DNA from: Basidioascus undulatus
Lineage: Eukaryota
Direction: 5' to 3'
Assembly: GCA_000826855.1 (NCBI GenBank)
Contig: JTLS01000200.1
Location: forward strand, 1 to 34,470
DNA: 34,470 bases
The translations under genes were made by a program, and so were the position numbers. This document shows positions 23,258-34,469 of the stretch, piece after piece. A model generated the notes under the pieces. It had not been told where the DNA came from, did no database searches, and was given only the letters and a program-made list of their open reading frames with translations. Each line of letters opens with the position of its first letter. Within the stretch, counting starts at the first letter, position 1.

Positions 23258-26200
23258 TCATTCCAGCCTCAACAGCACCTGCACCGAAGACCCAGCTGAT
23301 CCTCCTTGCGGCAGCACGACGTCCAACTCAACACCCGCTCCGCTTTTGTGACAGGTTGTGCCACTGGCATCCAGGCAGCTCAGCTGCTGCGCGGGTGAAC
23401 GACGACGACCTCTGGGCACATTCACCCTGAACGCCACAGTGAGACGCTGCAGTTTTTGCGTCGGGTCGGCGAGAGTGAGAGCGATGGTTGTGCCGCCGTC
23501 GGAGTCAGTGCGAGTGGCTAACAGAAGGATGCAGGAGGCCGAAGGGGAGATGGAGAACGCAGGTTCTGAGCGACGAAGGCTACGACTGTTGCGGTCTGGG
23601 AGGATGTTGGACAGGTCTATGTGCGCCGAGTTCGGTTCCCAGAAGACGAGTCCGAGCCGCCCTTGGCCTACAGCACCGCTGATGCCGTGTCCGAGGTCGA
23701 GCGGGCGCAACGACGGCCGCTGTGCCTCGGCCAGTACGCGTTCGGACGTCGAAGCGGGGTAGATGTTGTACGCCCAGTGCAAGTCAGGACTGGAGAGGTC
23801 GTGGGTGTTGAAAGCCGAGAAGAGCGAGACAGACGCGGTGCCTGCAGTAGAAGTTGAGATCGCGCTCCAATTGCCGGTGCGACTGCCGGCCGATAGAGTA
23901 AGGTCGAAGGGAAATCCGTGAGAGACGTAGCCCACACCGCCATGCCAGAGCGTTCGCGCCGAGGTCCTCAGCGATCCGTCGGCCGCAAAGTGGGGCGAGC
24001 CACCGTCGATCTTAATAGAGTCCGCGACTAGCCGGCACTGGTCGAGGGTCGTGACAATCGGTGCGGAGGTGTTGGAGCGGACGCCAGAGAGCTCGACGAG
24101 AGTGACCCCGTCCCATAAGAACCAGGCCTTCTGCCAGGCCAGCGAGCCGGTGAAGGGATTGATCCAGTCCATCGCAGCGACCGCGACCGACCCGTCGCTC
24201 GCCGCCCCTACAAAGTCGCGCCTGCCGATCCATTTGGTTGCGTTGCAGCGGAGCGGTGTCACGCCGCGGTCGACGGTCGTACCGGGAACAAGCTCCCAGT
24301 CCCACCCGACGGCGATGTCCTCGTACTCGGCGCCCGATACAAAAGTGAAGACAGACCCGGTGGACAGATGGAAGGCGTAAGGGTTCGCGAGGTTGACGCA
24401 TTCTGTGTTGGCGGAGCGGGTCGAGAGTAGTTTCAGTGTCTGAATGTAATTGTCTTGGCGATGGATCTGTTGTCTGCATGGTGAGATACTAAGTTTGCAA
24501 TCTGACAGAAGGAGAATCACTCACGATATAGTCGGAGTTCCAGAAGTGTTGATTCCCATTGAGCGGCCCCCGGTTGGCGCTGCTCGACGAGTTGCTGGTC
24601 AAGCGGTGGATAACAGGGCCGAGGTCGTCCTCGCCAGTCCAGCCCTCGGAAACGGCGGCTACCTGAGAGAGGTCGACGTTGATGCTCCCGCTCGCCTGGT
24701 TGTCCGAGACGGGGAAAGAGATGAAGCGGCCGATGGCGTTCTGTTTTCGAACCGTTCAGTTGACTGTTTCTCTGCAAGAGGCTGAAACTTTGCAACGCAC
24801 AATATCCCAGTGCAGCATACCGGTCTCGGTGTTGGCCACCATCATCCATTCGCTGCTCTTAATCATCTTGGCGAACGCTTGCCGCGTTTCTTCTTTCGCG
24901 GCGTAAGGGGTGCCGCGAGCCTGGCTCTGGAGCGAGAGGAAGAGGTTGACTGCAAGTGACTGTCAGTTGGACATGCGCGCACAGGCATGAGGTTTCCGCT
25001 CACTAAGGTCTTTTCCGTAATTTCCTGGAGTTTTGGATGTCGGCGAGTTTTCCAGTGCTCTGAAGATCAATGTGCATGAGCTTACCTGTATACTCGACAC
25101 CCTTGTGCTGCAGGAAGGAGCCATCGGGCTTGATGCCGTCCGCCAGAGGAGCAGGTTCGATCTGCAAGACATGATGTCAGCTTCGGAATTTTCAGATCAT
25201 TTTGAATGAAAATGTGAACATCACTTTAACTACGCTCTCGGCCATGGCGAACGCGTCAGCGACAAGCGAGTTGTTCCGACGCAACAGTCCAAGAGAGATC
25301 GTGTTGCTCGAGACCTGGACAGGGCCGTGTCAAAGTCAACAACAATGGCGAGCGATAGAATTACAGCTATACTTCAACCCACGTCGATTGTGTTCGCTCC
25401 GGTCAAATACCCCAATCCGTGAATGAATCCGCCTGCGAGGTCCCAAGGCCGGGCAAGGATGCGCTCGCAGCTGGCGCGCTGCGTGTCCGACAGCTGCTCG
25501 TCGAGCAGAAGGCACCCTTGCCCCGCAAGTCGAGGGATGAGAATAATCTGCATAGTCGGTGGTACCGATTAGCATAAAATGTGAGCAACTGAAGCTCTGC
25601 AAAGGTATTTACTTGGTCGAACCAATTCTGTGAGCAGTCACAGATGAGTTTAAAGTCAAGGAACTGTCAGCCAACGAACTGTCGTACCGTGTTCCACAAG
25701 CCAGGTGTACCGCAGGGACACGAGCCGTTCCTTAAGCACAAGGTGAGGTGGGACTTTACCATAGAGGCGGTTTTCAAGCACTCACATCTGCCCGCCCTGA
25801 TCAGTGCATGCCGGTTCAGTGTAGTCGTTGTTAAACCACCAGTCCATCGCCTTTGATGCTGCCCCGAGCGCGCTCGACGAGCCGATGAGGTTCTGATTGG
25901 AACCGGATAAGCCCCGGTAAGTCCCGGCGATCGAGACGATGCGGTTCCAATGATCCGAAGCGGGCCAGTTTGCACGCCTGAAATGCAGCACAGGGCATTA
26001 GTGTCGCGAGTTGTACAAAGTCCAGGACTAACGAATAAGCCGGACGCATTTGACTCACTGAGCAGGACATCCAGCAAGATAGTTTACGTCGTCCCATGTA
26101 CCATCGTCTCTCTGGGTTGATATCCATTGTGGCACAGAGGACGGCGATGCGGCAGCGGCTGCGACGTTGGCATTGCGGCGTGAGATGAGGAGGTCGAGCA

Positions 26201-26264
26201 CGGACGAGTTCGTCGCTTGAGCTGCGACGCTCGCCGCGAGGGATACGAGCAGTAGCGTTCGCAT
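23258..26264 (-). CDS. Secreted polysaccharide lyase family 8 (chondroitin/hyaluronate lyase-like), multi-exon
   Basis: Signal peptide MRTLLLVSLAASVAAQ. PL8 motifs DGTWDDVNY, RANWPASDHW, GLWNT/NWFDQ, LTGAN, DGIKPDGSFLQH, GNYGKD, HFWNSDY, TECVN, WDWELVPGTT, FVGAASDG, WQKAWF, RTGNWSAI, joined through canonical introns. Confidence 0.9.
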
Positions 26265-27279
26265 TGGGATATGTAGTTCACAGAATTTAAAAGAGCACAA
26301 CGAGAAGGACAGGTAGAAGAGAGCATAACAGGCGGTTTGCTGGACGCATGCAATCTGTCCAGGCTAACGGCGGCTCAACCGGCCCGCGGGCTGCCAGGCC
26401 CAACGTGCTTCGCTGGTCGGGTGACTTCGCTACACACGAAGTCAGGACAGGTTAAGTTTCCAATCTGTGACTTACCCGGTTGTTCCTGGGTATGAGTGCT
26501 TCAATGGTCAATGTTTGGGCCAGGGATTTGAGGAGGAACAGTGAGACCGGCGACTACCGACCGACAGTTGACGGTCCGGCACCGGATTGGGGGGGGCCGT
26601 CAAAGTTGTAAGTACCGGATCGCTCCTTCTAAGCAGGCCAATCAATTTTTCAATATCAAGCAGTGAGCCTTGAGCATTGGGTCTCTTCTATATACAACCT
26701 ATTATTATTTACAATAACCATGCAATACATGGATCCTGCTCTTCATACTCATCTGTTCTCTGTTCTTAGCGTATCAGGTCTCAAAATGAGCTGGTGGAGT
26801 ACATGGGGGCGGCACGAGCATTTCGAGGCCAAAGTTGCAATGGCCACCATGGGCCTCCTTCCCCCCTCTGATCGCCTCAAACATCTCACATTTAGCCTCT
26901 ACCGCCACACGATCACGAACGGTAGGCCAGGCAGCCCAGTGACACATCAACTACCGAGCAAGTTCCCGGACGAAGCTGCCAGTCCCCCAGATGCGTTTCT
27001 TGACCTTCTTCTTTATTCCTGGCAATCAAATTCTTTCCCCTTCCAGTGCTTAGCTTTCCCCTCTATCAGAGCGGTTTTGGTGCTGGCCTGGCCCCCTTTT
27101 ACACACTAGCCATAGACCCTTCCCAGCTTTTGCACACTGCACGCATTGTAACCTCTTCCTAACAACTTTATGCATGGCATACAGAGATCTTGAACCCGTA
27201 ATTTCCCTAACTCTCTGTCTTTGGCCCGCGACGTCCGCCCGCCTTATCCAACTAATTCCTTCTACCCCCGCCCAGCCCA

Positions 27280-27890
27280 ATGGCGCACTCGCTCTTCTCT
27301 CCGCCTGTCAACCTTGACGAGATTCTTCAGAGCCCACACGTGGCGCAGTCCAAACCTCTCGGCGAGGGCGCCTACAATTCACTCTCGCTTCTCACCCTGA
27401 CCGGGGAGAACCCGACGCGCTTCGTCCTCCGCCAGCCGCTCAACTCGCTTCTCCGGTGGCGCCCCCTCCCTCGGCGCAGAGCGCACCGCCAACGAGATCG
27501 GCGTTCTCCTCTACCTCCAGAAGCACCGCGACGAACTCGGCTTCCCCCACGCCCGAGATCTACGCATGGTCGCTCGAGCCCGGCCGCGAGTTCCTCGCGA
27601 TGGAGTATGTCAACAGGGAGCGGATGGACGAAGCGTGGAAGGGTCTGCGAGAGGAGGAAAAGGACAGCCTTGTGCATGAGGTGGCGGCATGATGGCGAGG
27701 CTGTCGCTCTGGAACCGGTTCGAGACGATCGGGGGCATCTTGCCGGACGGGTCGATGGGTCCGACAATGGACGCGGAGAAGCTGTTCTGGGGTCGGGTGT
27801 GTCTCTCGGTGCTGGCTTTTGGGCGTGTGAATGTCGCTGACATGGACAACAGGCTCTGCTGCACGACCGAAAGACGTATGACATCGGACC
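27280..27890 (+). pseudogene. APH-like kinase, N-terminal half only, with three frameshifts
   Basis: LGEGAYN...FVLRQP / AERTANEIGVLLYLQKH / TPEIYAWS...FLAMEYV...MDEAWKGL...LVHEVA / MMARL...FETIGGI...YDIGP. Single-base shifts near 27450, 27545 and 27688. No HxD/IDW half follows. Confidence 0.7.
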
Positions 27891-28835
27891 GTAAGTAAGC
27901 GGCTGCTGCGCAAGTTTTCATTTCGGAAGCTTGCACTGACTCCCCCGCCCCGACTGGACGGCGACGATCGACGAGGCGTCGCGCTACGCGCACAAGAAGT
28001 TCCGGCCGTTTAGGTGGGACCAGTTGCCGAAGGGGGTGTTATTTGAGCTGGCGCTGGAGTTGATGGAGGGGAAGCTGCAGTTGGTGCGGTTGGAGGCGGG
28101 GGTTGAGAGGGGGAGGGGGAAGGGGAGGGCGATGAATGCATGAAGTACGCGAGATGGAGGAGTGAGGGGCGGATCTTTGCCTCGCTTGCGCTTTCTCCGT
28201 TGGTTCGCTCGCCACACGCGGCTATGGAACCCGTAACTCTTGATATTGAACACCCGAGCACTGATATTCCGAGTTTCCGGAAGCTCAGAAGGCACCTTAC
28301 GCGGTGAAGAGGCTTTTCCCGCTGAACGTCTGGCTGGATCTTAGCTCCCCCCTATTTAGAGAAGGGAGAGAATGTCGGTGCGAGGAGGGCGGAGGAGCCT
28401 CTGCGTGCGTATGCGACCGGAGCTGAGCGGCCTCCGAAGTGCGACTTCCCCAAGTCTCGAAGCCCTGTTGGAACTTGCTGCTACGGTCGACCCGGGCTCA
28501 GCACACAGCTCGCAACTTTCAGACGCACACATGGAAAGCGAGAGAATGCACGTTGCGATGCGATGCGATACGATGCAATGCGGGACAGCAGTACAGGAGT
28601 GGGAGAAGTACAGGTCGCGGGTGAGGGAACGAGAGTGGCAGACAGGTCCAGGTACGATTACAACAGCCACCCCGATAAAGAACGAATGAGCGACGGCCCA
28701 AGGAGAGGAAGCCGAGAAAGGAGGGAAAGCGATAGAGCAGCAGTGGAGCAGCGGCGCGTCTACCCATCCTCACGCAACATGAGTCAACCCTGTCCTGCGC
28801 AGAGCACGCAAGAACACGCCCTCGACGACTCACAA

Positions 28836-29694
28836 TCACATCTCCTCATCTTCCTCCTCCTCCGCCGCGGGCGTCTCCTCCTCCGACACGTCCTTCTTCT
28901 TGGTCTTGGACGCAGCGGCCTTTTTAGACTTGAACGTCTTGCTGCCCGACGCGGTCTTATCGCCCTTGTCCTCGTCTTTGTTCTCGGGGCCTGAGTCGTC
29001 GTCCGAGTCCTGTGCCCCGCTTTCAAGAGTCAGGAACGCGTTTGCGGAATGGGAGGGAAGAAGAGGAGGAAAGGGAAGGGGATGGGATGGGGAAGGGGAT
29101 GGAGAGGGGATGAGGGGATGAGGGCGAGCGGGACGCACGATCTTCTTCGGATTCCGGTCGGAGCGCTTCCAGCGGCGGGCGACCTGTCCGTGGAGGCGCA
29201 GTCAGCATGGGCGCGGTCGACAGGAAGGAAAAGAAATGGAAGAAGTGAAGTGCGGGGAATGAAGTGGAGACGGAGACGGACCTGCTTCATCACGTCCCTT
29301 CCCGTGAACCCGGCCGCGCGGACAGCAGGCTGCGCGAGCGTCGGCGTGAGCGACCTCGTCTGGATGTGAGCGTGGAGAAGGGGAAGGGACGAACCATAGT
29401 GTCCTTGACTGTCCCCTCATCCAACGCGTCAGCGGCGGTAGTGAGGGAGGAAAGGAGAAGAGACGCGACCCGACGCGACTTACCGAACGCCTGGTAGAGC
29501 GTGAGCTTCTTGGGCTCACCCGTGCCCGTGGCCGCGGACTTGGACTTGGAGGGGGCGGCGGAGGACTCTGCGCAGCGGAGAGAGGTGGACGATGGGGAGT
29601 CAGTCGGTGGATGGAGGCGGGGGTGGATGCTAGGGTGGATGGAGGAGAGAGGGGAGGGGAGAAGCGTACTCTTGGAGGTGGTGGAGGGGGCCAT
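28836..29694 (-). CDS. Small HMG-box/YABBY-like putative DNA-binding protein (~129 aa, 6 exons including a 14-nt microexon at 29408-29395)
   Basis: Spliced product MAPSTTSKKSSAAPSKSKSAATGTGEPKKLTLYQAFVKDTMPAVRAAGFTGRDVMKQVARRWKRSDRNPKKI-DSDDD...EEEEDEEM*. KLTxYQxFVK...M...VAxxWK...NPK is the fungal YABBY/HMG-like signature. All introns are GT..AG. Confidence 0.75.
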
Positions 29695-30646
29695 GGCGAT
29701 GAGGTGGATGTAGATGGAGATGAGGAGAGTGAGGAGTGGATGTAGCGAGTGGCGGGGTCTGTATGCGCGGGGCTGCCCACACCCGTGCATGTGAGCGCCA
29801 TGCTCGGTGGGACCGAAGGGGAAAGGAAAGGGGACGTACAGACGAAACACTAGTAAACCCTTGAGGCTTGAGGCTTGAGCTGAGGGGGATGGTGTGGTCC
29901 AAGTCCAACCCCCTCCCGCGTCCTCCCGCGCTTTTTCAACGCGCGAAAGTCGAAAGTGAGCGCGACGCGACAGTCAGCGAGAAATGCGAGCGTGACCGCG
30001 ATGCGCCCGTCCTGCCCGTCCACGGGCGTGGGAATCAAAGAAGGAAGACGCGTTGTCAAGGGGCGCTTGTGGGGCGGGAGAGGAGATAGGGAGTGAAAGG
30101 TAATTTTTGGATGGTTGGGCTTGGGGGAATTGGGAGGGGAGGTTAGGCTGGCTGTGAGGGGAGGGAGTGCGAGGGGGCAGGGCAGGAGGAAGACAGGCGG
30201 GCGGCGTGGGGATGCGGCATGGTTTCGGGCGGGAGGATAGGCAGGGAGTAGAGTGAGGTGGTGGTAAATATGTCTTAGAAGTGCAGAGAGCCATCGGCAA
30301 TGGGAGGCGAGATGGGAGGGACGAGCGAGAGCGCGAGGACCCGGGCGTCTTCCTTCTTCTCGAAGGCCCCAGGAACGACTGAACGACTTGAGCCGAGCGG
30401 GTAACGAGAAGATTTTGGAAGGGAAGATTGATCAGTTGAAGAGCCCAAGCGTCATCCCAGCGGAGCGGGTAAGAGGAAGAAGCATATTCTTTGCGCGCGC
30501 GACGGGACGGGGACCAAGACGAAGCCGACGTCGATCGTACATCATCGGAAGGGTATGCGCTGGTTAAATAGGCGCTGTATCGGGATAGTCATGCAGTCAT
30601 AGGGTCATAAAAACATGCGCCGCTCCAGGAAAAGAGTACCAACCCC

Positions 30647-31933
30647 TTACTTCTCCCCCTTCCCCTCTTCCTCCCCTGGCCCCTCCGGCACCCCCGGATG
30701 GCACTTCCACCTCCTCCCATCCCTATCAAACCACCCATTGCGATACAGCTCGTCCAGCTGCCTTGCCAGGACCGGGCTAGCGGGGGCGCAGACTGTCCCG
30801 CCCCCACCCGCCGGATCAGCCCCCCCTCCCTTGGAGTGTTGAGGAAGGAGAACGCACTGTCCGTGACCTTCTTCGCCCAGATATGGTACTCCTGTATCCT
30901 CTCTACCGTCCAATCTACCCCCTCACATCGCACATAAGGAACCCCGCGAGGAGAAAGAGAGTGGTGAAAGAGGGGAGAGAGGGGGAGGTGAGGGACGCAC
31001 ACGCCGGCGCGGCCCGCTGGAGGTCCCGCTGGTTGTAGAGCTTATCGGCTAGCTTGACTCGTTCTGTCTTCCCCCTCCCGACGCATCAGAACCTTACTTT
31101 GCATGGGAGTGTGGGGAGGGAAGGAGCAGCGAAAGGAGGACGTACGCGCTTCCGCACTCTTATGCGGCGCGCTCTCGATCTGCGCCTTCTTCCTCGCCGC
31201 CTTCGGGAGGGTCTTATCATCCCTATTTCCCTTCCATCTCTCAGCCATCCCCATCTACCCTCGCCTTCCCCAAATCCAAAAAGAAAAGAAAGAAAAGAAA
31301 GATGGAAGGAGTGAAGCGACGCACGTGCACTCCCCAACAATCCTTGCCACCTCCCCCCCAAACACGCGCACCAGCTCGTCGAACGTCGTGTCCGTGTCTT
31401 CGACCGTGTCGTGCAGGATGGCGGCTTGCAGGGTGGGCAGGTCGGTGTGGCCTGCGGAGTAGAGGAGCTGGGCGACGCCTGGAGGAAGGGTAAGCGGGCG
31501 AGGAGGCAGGCAAGCGAGGGAGGAGGCAGGGGGGACGGACCGATGGGGTGGTTGATGTAAGGGGTGCTATCCGGCTGTCTTCCCCACCTTCAGCTACTTC
31601 TGGAACTTCGTGATGGGTGAGCGTAGCAGAGGACGCACGTCTTTCCTCCGCTGAGTCGCGTGTTTCTGCCCTCCCTCCGTCTCCTCAGCAATCGACGTTC
31701 GCAACTCTACAGGGTTTGAAAGAACGTACCACAGACGCAAACGTAATAGTGTCCAGCAACACCTTCAGCTCATTTCCCTTCCCCTCCCCGTCCGTCTCGG
31801 CGACGGGCGCAAGGCTCGCCAGCGAGAGGGGGATGCTCGAGGATGACATCGACCGAATTATCTGTGCGTGGGGGACGGGGAAAGGGAGGCGTGAGAAGGT
31901 GGAAGGAATGGAGCGTAGGAGGGTGGGGAGCAT
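30647..31933 (-). CDS. MESH1: MESH1/HDDC3-type HD-domain hydrolase (small alarmone hydrolase family; ppGpp/NADPH phosphatase-like), 8 exons
   Basis: Splicing gives [30 protein letters not shown]...LQAAILHDTVEDTDTTFDELVRVFGGEVARIVGECTDDKTLPKAARKKAQIESAPHKSAEAQRVKLADKLYNQRDLQRAAPAYWTVERIQEYHIWAKKV, which matches the MESH1 motif series closely. Confidence 0.9.
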
Positions 31934-33240
31934 GATATGGAGGAGGCGATGGGGAGACAGGCGGGGAGGGACGTGGGAAGTTGGTGGGGGCCGGATGCAA
32001 TTCGCCTTCCAAGACGCTTCAGCGGTGTGCAGTTGTGTGCAGTTTCGAGTCGTTTGGTCGTGTAGGGTGTTCAGACTGGTTGGTTGGTCAAGTGTGCATT
32101 GCTCAAAAAATGGGCAGAAGGAAAGACTGATAAAGTACGGAGCTGCAGTCAAACTGAGGTCCAGAGCGACCTGCGGAAACCGCACAGTACGTCCGACTGC
32201 ATTGCAAAATGGATCGTGTCTTGCAAGGCATACAATGCTGATTATATTAGTCTGATATTCTTCAATTGGACTGCTATCATAGCCGAAGATCACACTACAT
32301 AGTAATCCACAGCTTTTGGCAACCGTTCCCGATGCGGACAGGCAGTGCCCGACCGCCAGCCCCCTCAGCGAGATGCGCCGACCTGCTTCAGTTTCCGATT
32401 GCGCACAAACGCTGGACAGCCCTCCCAAACCCGGAAACCATGTTCTTCTAGATCCTCCGCCTGCTTTCCGTATCGGGCATGGTTCGGGGCGGGCTCCCTG
32501 TGCTCCTTTCCTCCTCATACCATCCCTCTCTCCTCCATACCTCCCTCCCTATCTCCCTCCCTAAAATCATACCATCATAATATGAGCCACTCCGACCCCC
32601 GCCCCCTTCTCCTGTGTCCTGGTGGCCGCATCCTAAGCGCTGGCGCTAGGCCTTGTCCGTGACATTCAGCCTGATTTCTTTCTGACCGTTCTTGTGTCTC
32701 TCATGGTGACAGGAGCCCTCTGGGTCATACACAAAGTTAATTCCATCTGCGCGAGGCTGCGTTGGAGGAGGAAACGGCCAGGACAAGGGCGGGGCGGTGG
32801 GTCTGAACCCTGCACTCTCCTCCGAGCCCCACCTAAGAGACGCGTCCTCCTCTTCACAGAGCCCCACGGCCCACACGGAGAAGTTTGAGATGGATATTCC
32901 CGATGGAGATTCCCGAGGAGCACAAGGCGAGCTGGCCCGTCTTGAGGCGGTCTACCAAGATTGTTGGGTCCACGACGGTATCGATGCATGGCAGCAAGGG
33001 CAGTTCCCGCCGGGGGAGTGCAGTCGTCCATATTGAATGGGAGGACGTTGCGCTGTAGATAGTAGAACTTGGTGTTTTTCTTTACTTGATAACTACCTTA
33101 CCGTGTGTGCTGTCGAACCTTGTTGCAATGGGATAGTTGCACATTTATCCATGGCTGTCATTGCCACAGCGGTCCCACAGTTTGGCATCATCGAAGCAGA
33201 AGCACCCCCCATCTTGGCAGTCGCACATGCCAGCTCGATC

Positions 33241-33500
33241 AAGAGGTTCACGCTCTACCAGGCCCTCGGTGCGTCGCGTCGAGTCGCGTCTCTCTCCCTT
33301 TCCCCCCCTTCCCCAGCACGCGACGGAGTGCTGACGCGGCGGGATGCGGGATTGACGTTCAAGCACACCATGGTTCGTCCCTTCCTCCCTCCCTCACGCT
33401 CCTTTCTCACTATTATCCTCTAACGCGCATGCACGCATGCAGACCGCCGTCCGCGCCGACTGGTTCTCGGGAAAGGACGTGATGAAGCAGGTCCGTCGGT
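33241..33500 (+). pseudogene. Inverted partial duplicate of exons 2-4 of the HMG/YABBY-like gene
   Basis: KRFTLYQAL / KHTM / TAVRADWFSGKDVMKQ versus KKLTLYQAF / KDTM / PAVRAAGFTGRDVMKQ. Intron starts are also similar. The microexon acceptor AG reads GT at 33357-33358. Confidence 0.75.
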
Positions 33501-34395
33501 CCTCCTTCCAGTCCCCACAGAAGTATACTCCCCTTCCCAATTCCCTCCCTTTCCCTCCCCTCAAGCGCGCTGCGCTCCAGCCCTACCTTAACTCATCCTG
33601 CCCGCATCGCATCTCATCCTTGGCTGGCGTGCGGGGGGCGGTACCTGCACATCGGAAGTTCACCGGCAGCACGACCGCTTGGATTTACTTGTGGATTATC
33701 TCTCTTGCACCGCACTTCTGACAGTTGTTGCAGGTGCACACACAGTCCGTTAGGGCTAACTTGCATTTGTTTCTCATATTCCGCCTCGATGTTTTGTATG
33801 GCAAGAAGTACCAAGGCCCCACGGGCTTAGTAGATACACCCGGTCGAGGAGAGCGTGGCTCGCACGGGCGGTCCTGCGCACACAGTCGGCTGAAAAGATG
33901 CCTTTCAACCGATTGTGATTGGATGCCCCATCTCTTGTTCAACCTTCCTTCAGGTTCTGGTGATTGCTGTAGTTGATATTTGTATCCAGACCTTCCGTCT
34001 CCTTCCCTAGTTACCGGCGACAGTGCGACAGTGCTTCTCGCACAAATCTGTCTGGCTCTGCTACTGGAGTGCTGTTCCCCATGACATCGCATTGCACCGC
34101 ATACTGTACGTACTCGTTTCATCGGCAAGGTATAAATCGCTGATTCCGTGGGTTTGATCTAAGCCCCGACCCACATTGAGGGACGCATTGCATGCTGGCA
34201 GAGGCGAGAAGGGTCTGTCAGGGCTGGGTCAACCGGCTACCTCACAGAACAGTATTGAACCATCACCCCCCAAATAGAACACTAGCTCCATCGCACGCCC
34301 CGCACTACCGGTGGGTACCCTGACCGAGTCTCCCTCCTTGCTGCTCTCTTACCCTGCCAAGTTCCTGTAATATTCGCAGACTTGGTGAGCCATCG

Positions 34396-34469
34396 TCTTC
34401 GGTGGCGCAATTGGTTAGCGCGTCCGACTGTTAATCGGGAGGTTGTGAGTTCAAGTCTCACCTGAAGAG
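34396..34469 (+). tRNA. tRNA-Asn (GTT), intronless
   Basis: Cloverleaf: acceptor TCTTCGG/CTGAAGA, D arm GCGC-AATTGGTTA-GCGC, anticodon arm TCCGA-CT GTT AA-TCGGG (GTT at 34430-34432), T arm GTGAG-TTCAAGT-CTCAC, discriminator G. Confidence 0.95.

Noticed and set aside
26422..26603. Two short inverted repeats upstream of PL8 (TGACTTCG/CGAAGTCA at 26422-26444; TTGACGG/CCGTCAA at 26568-26603)
   Set aside because: Stems of 7-10 bp arise by chance; no matching TIR partner, target-site duplication or Helitron CTRR end found.
26663..27109. 148-aa plus-strand ORF in a mildly CpG-poor stretch
   Set aside because: No recognisable motif or splice model, and the CpG depletion is only modest.
28556..28582. 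(CGATG)n-like short tandem repeat
   Set aside because: Ordinary degenerate microsatellite downstream of the YABBY-like gene.
32582..33036. Possible small gene divergent from MESH1 (one GTGGGT..CAG intron, EKFEMDIPDGD...)
   Set aside because: Could not build a stop-free model or recognise a family.
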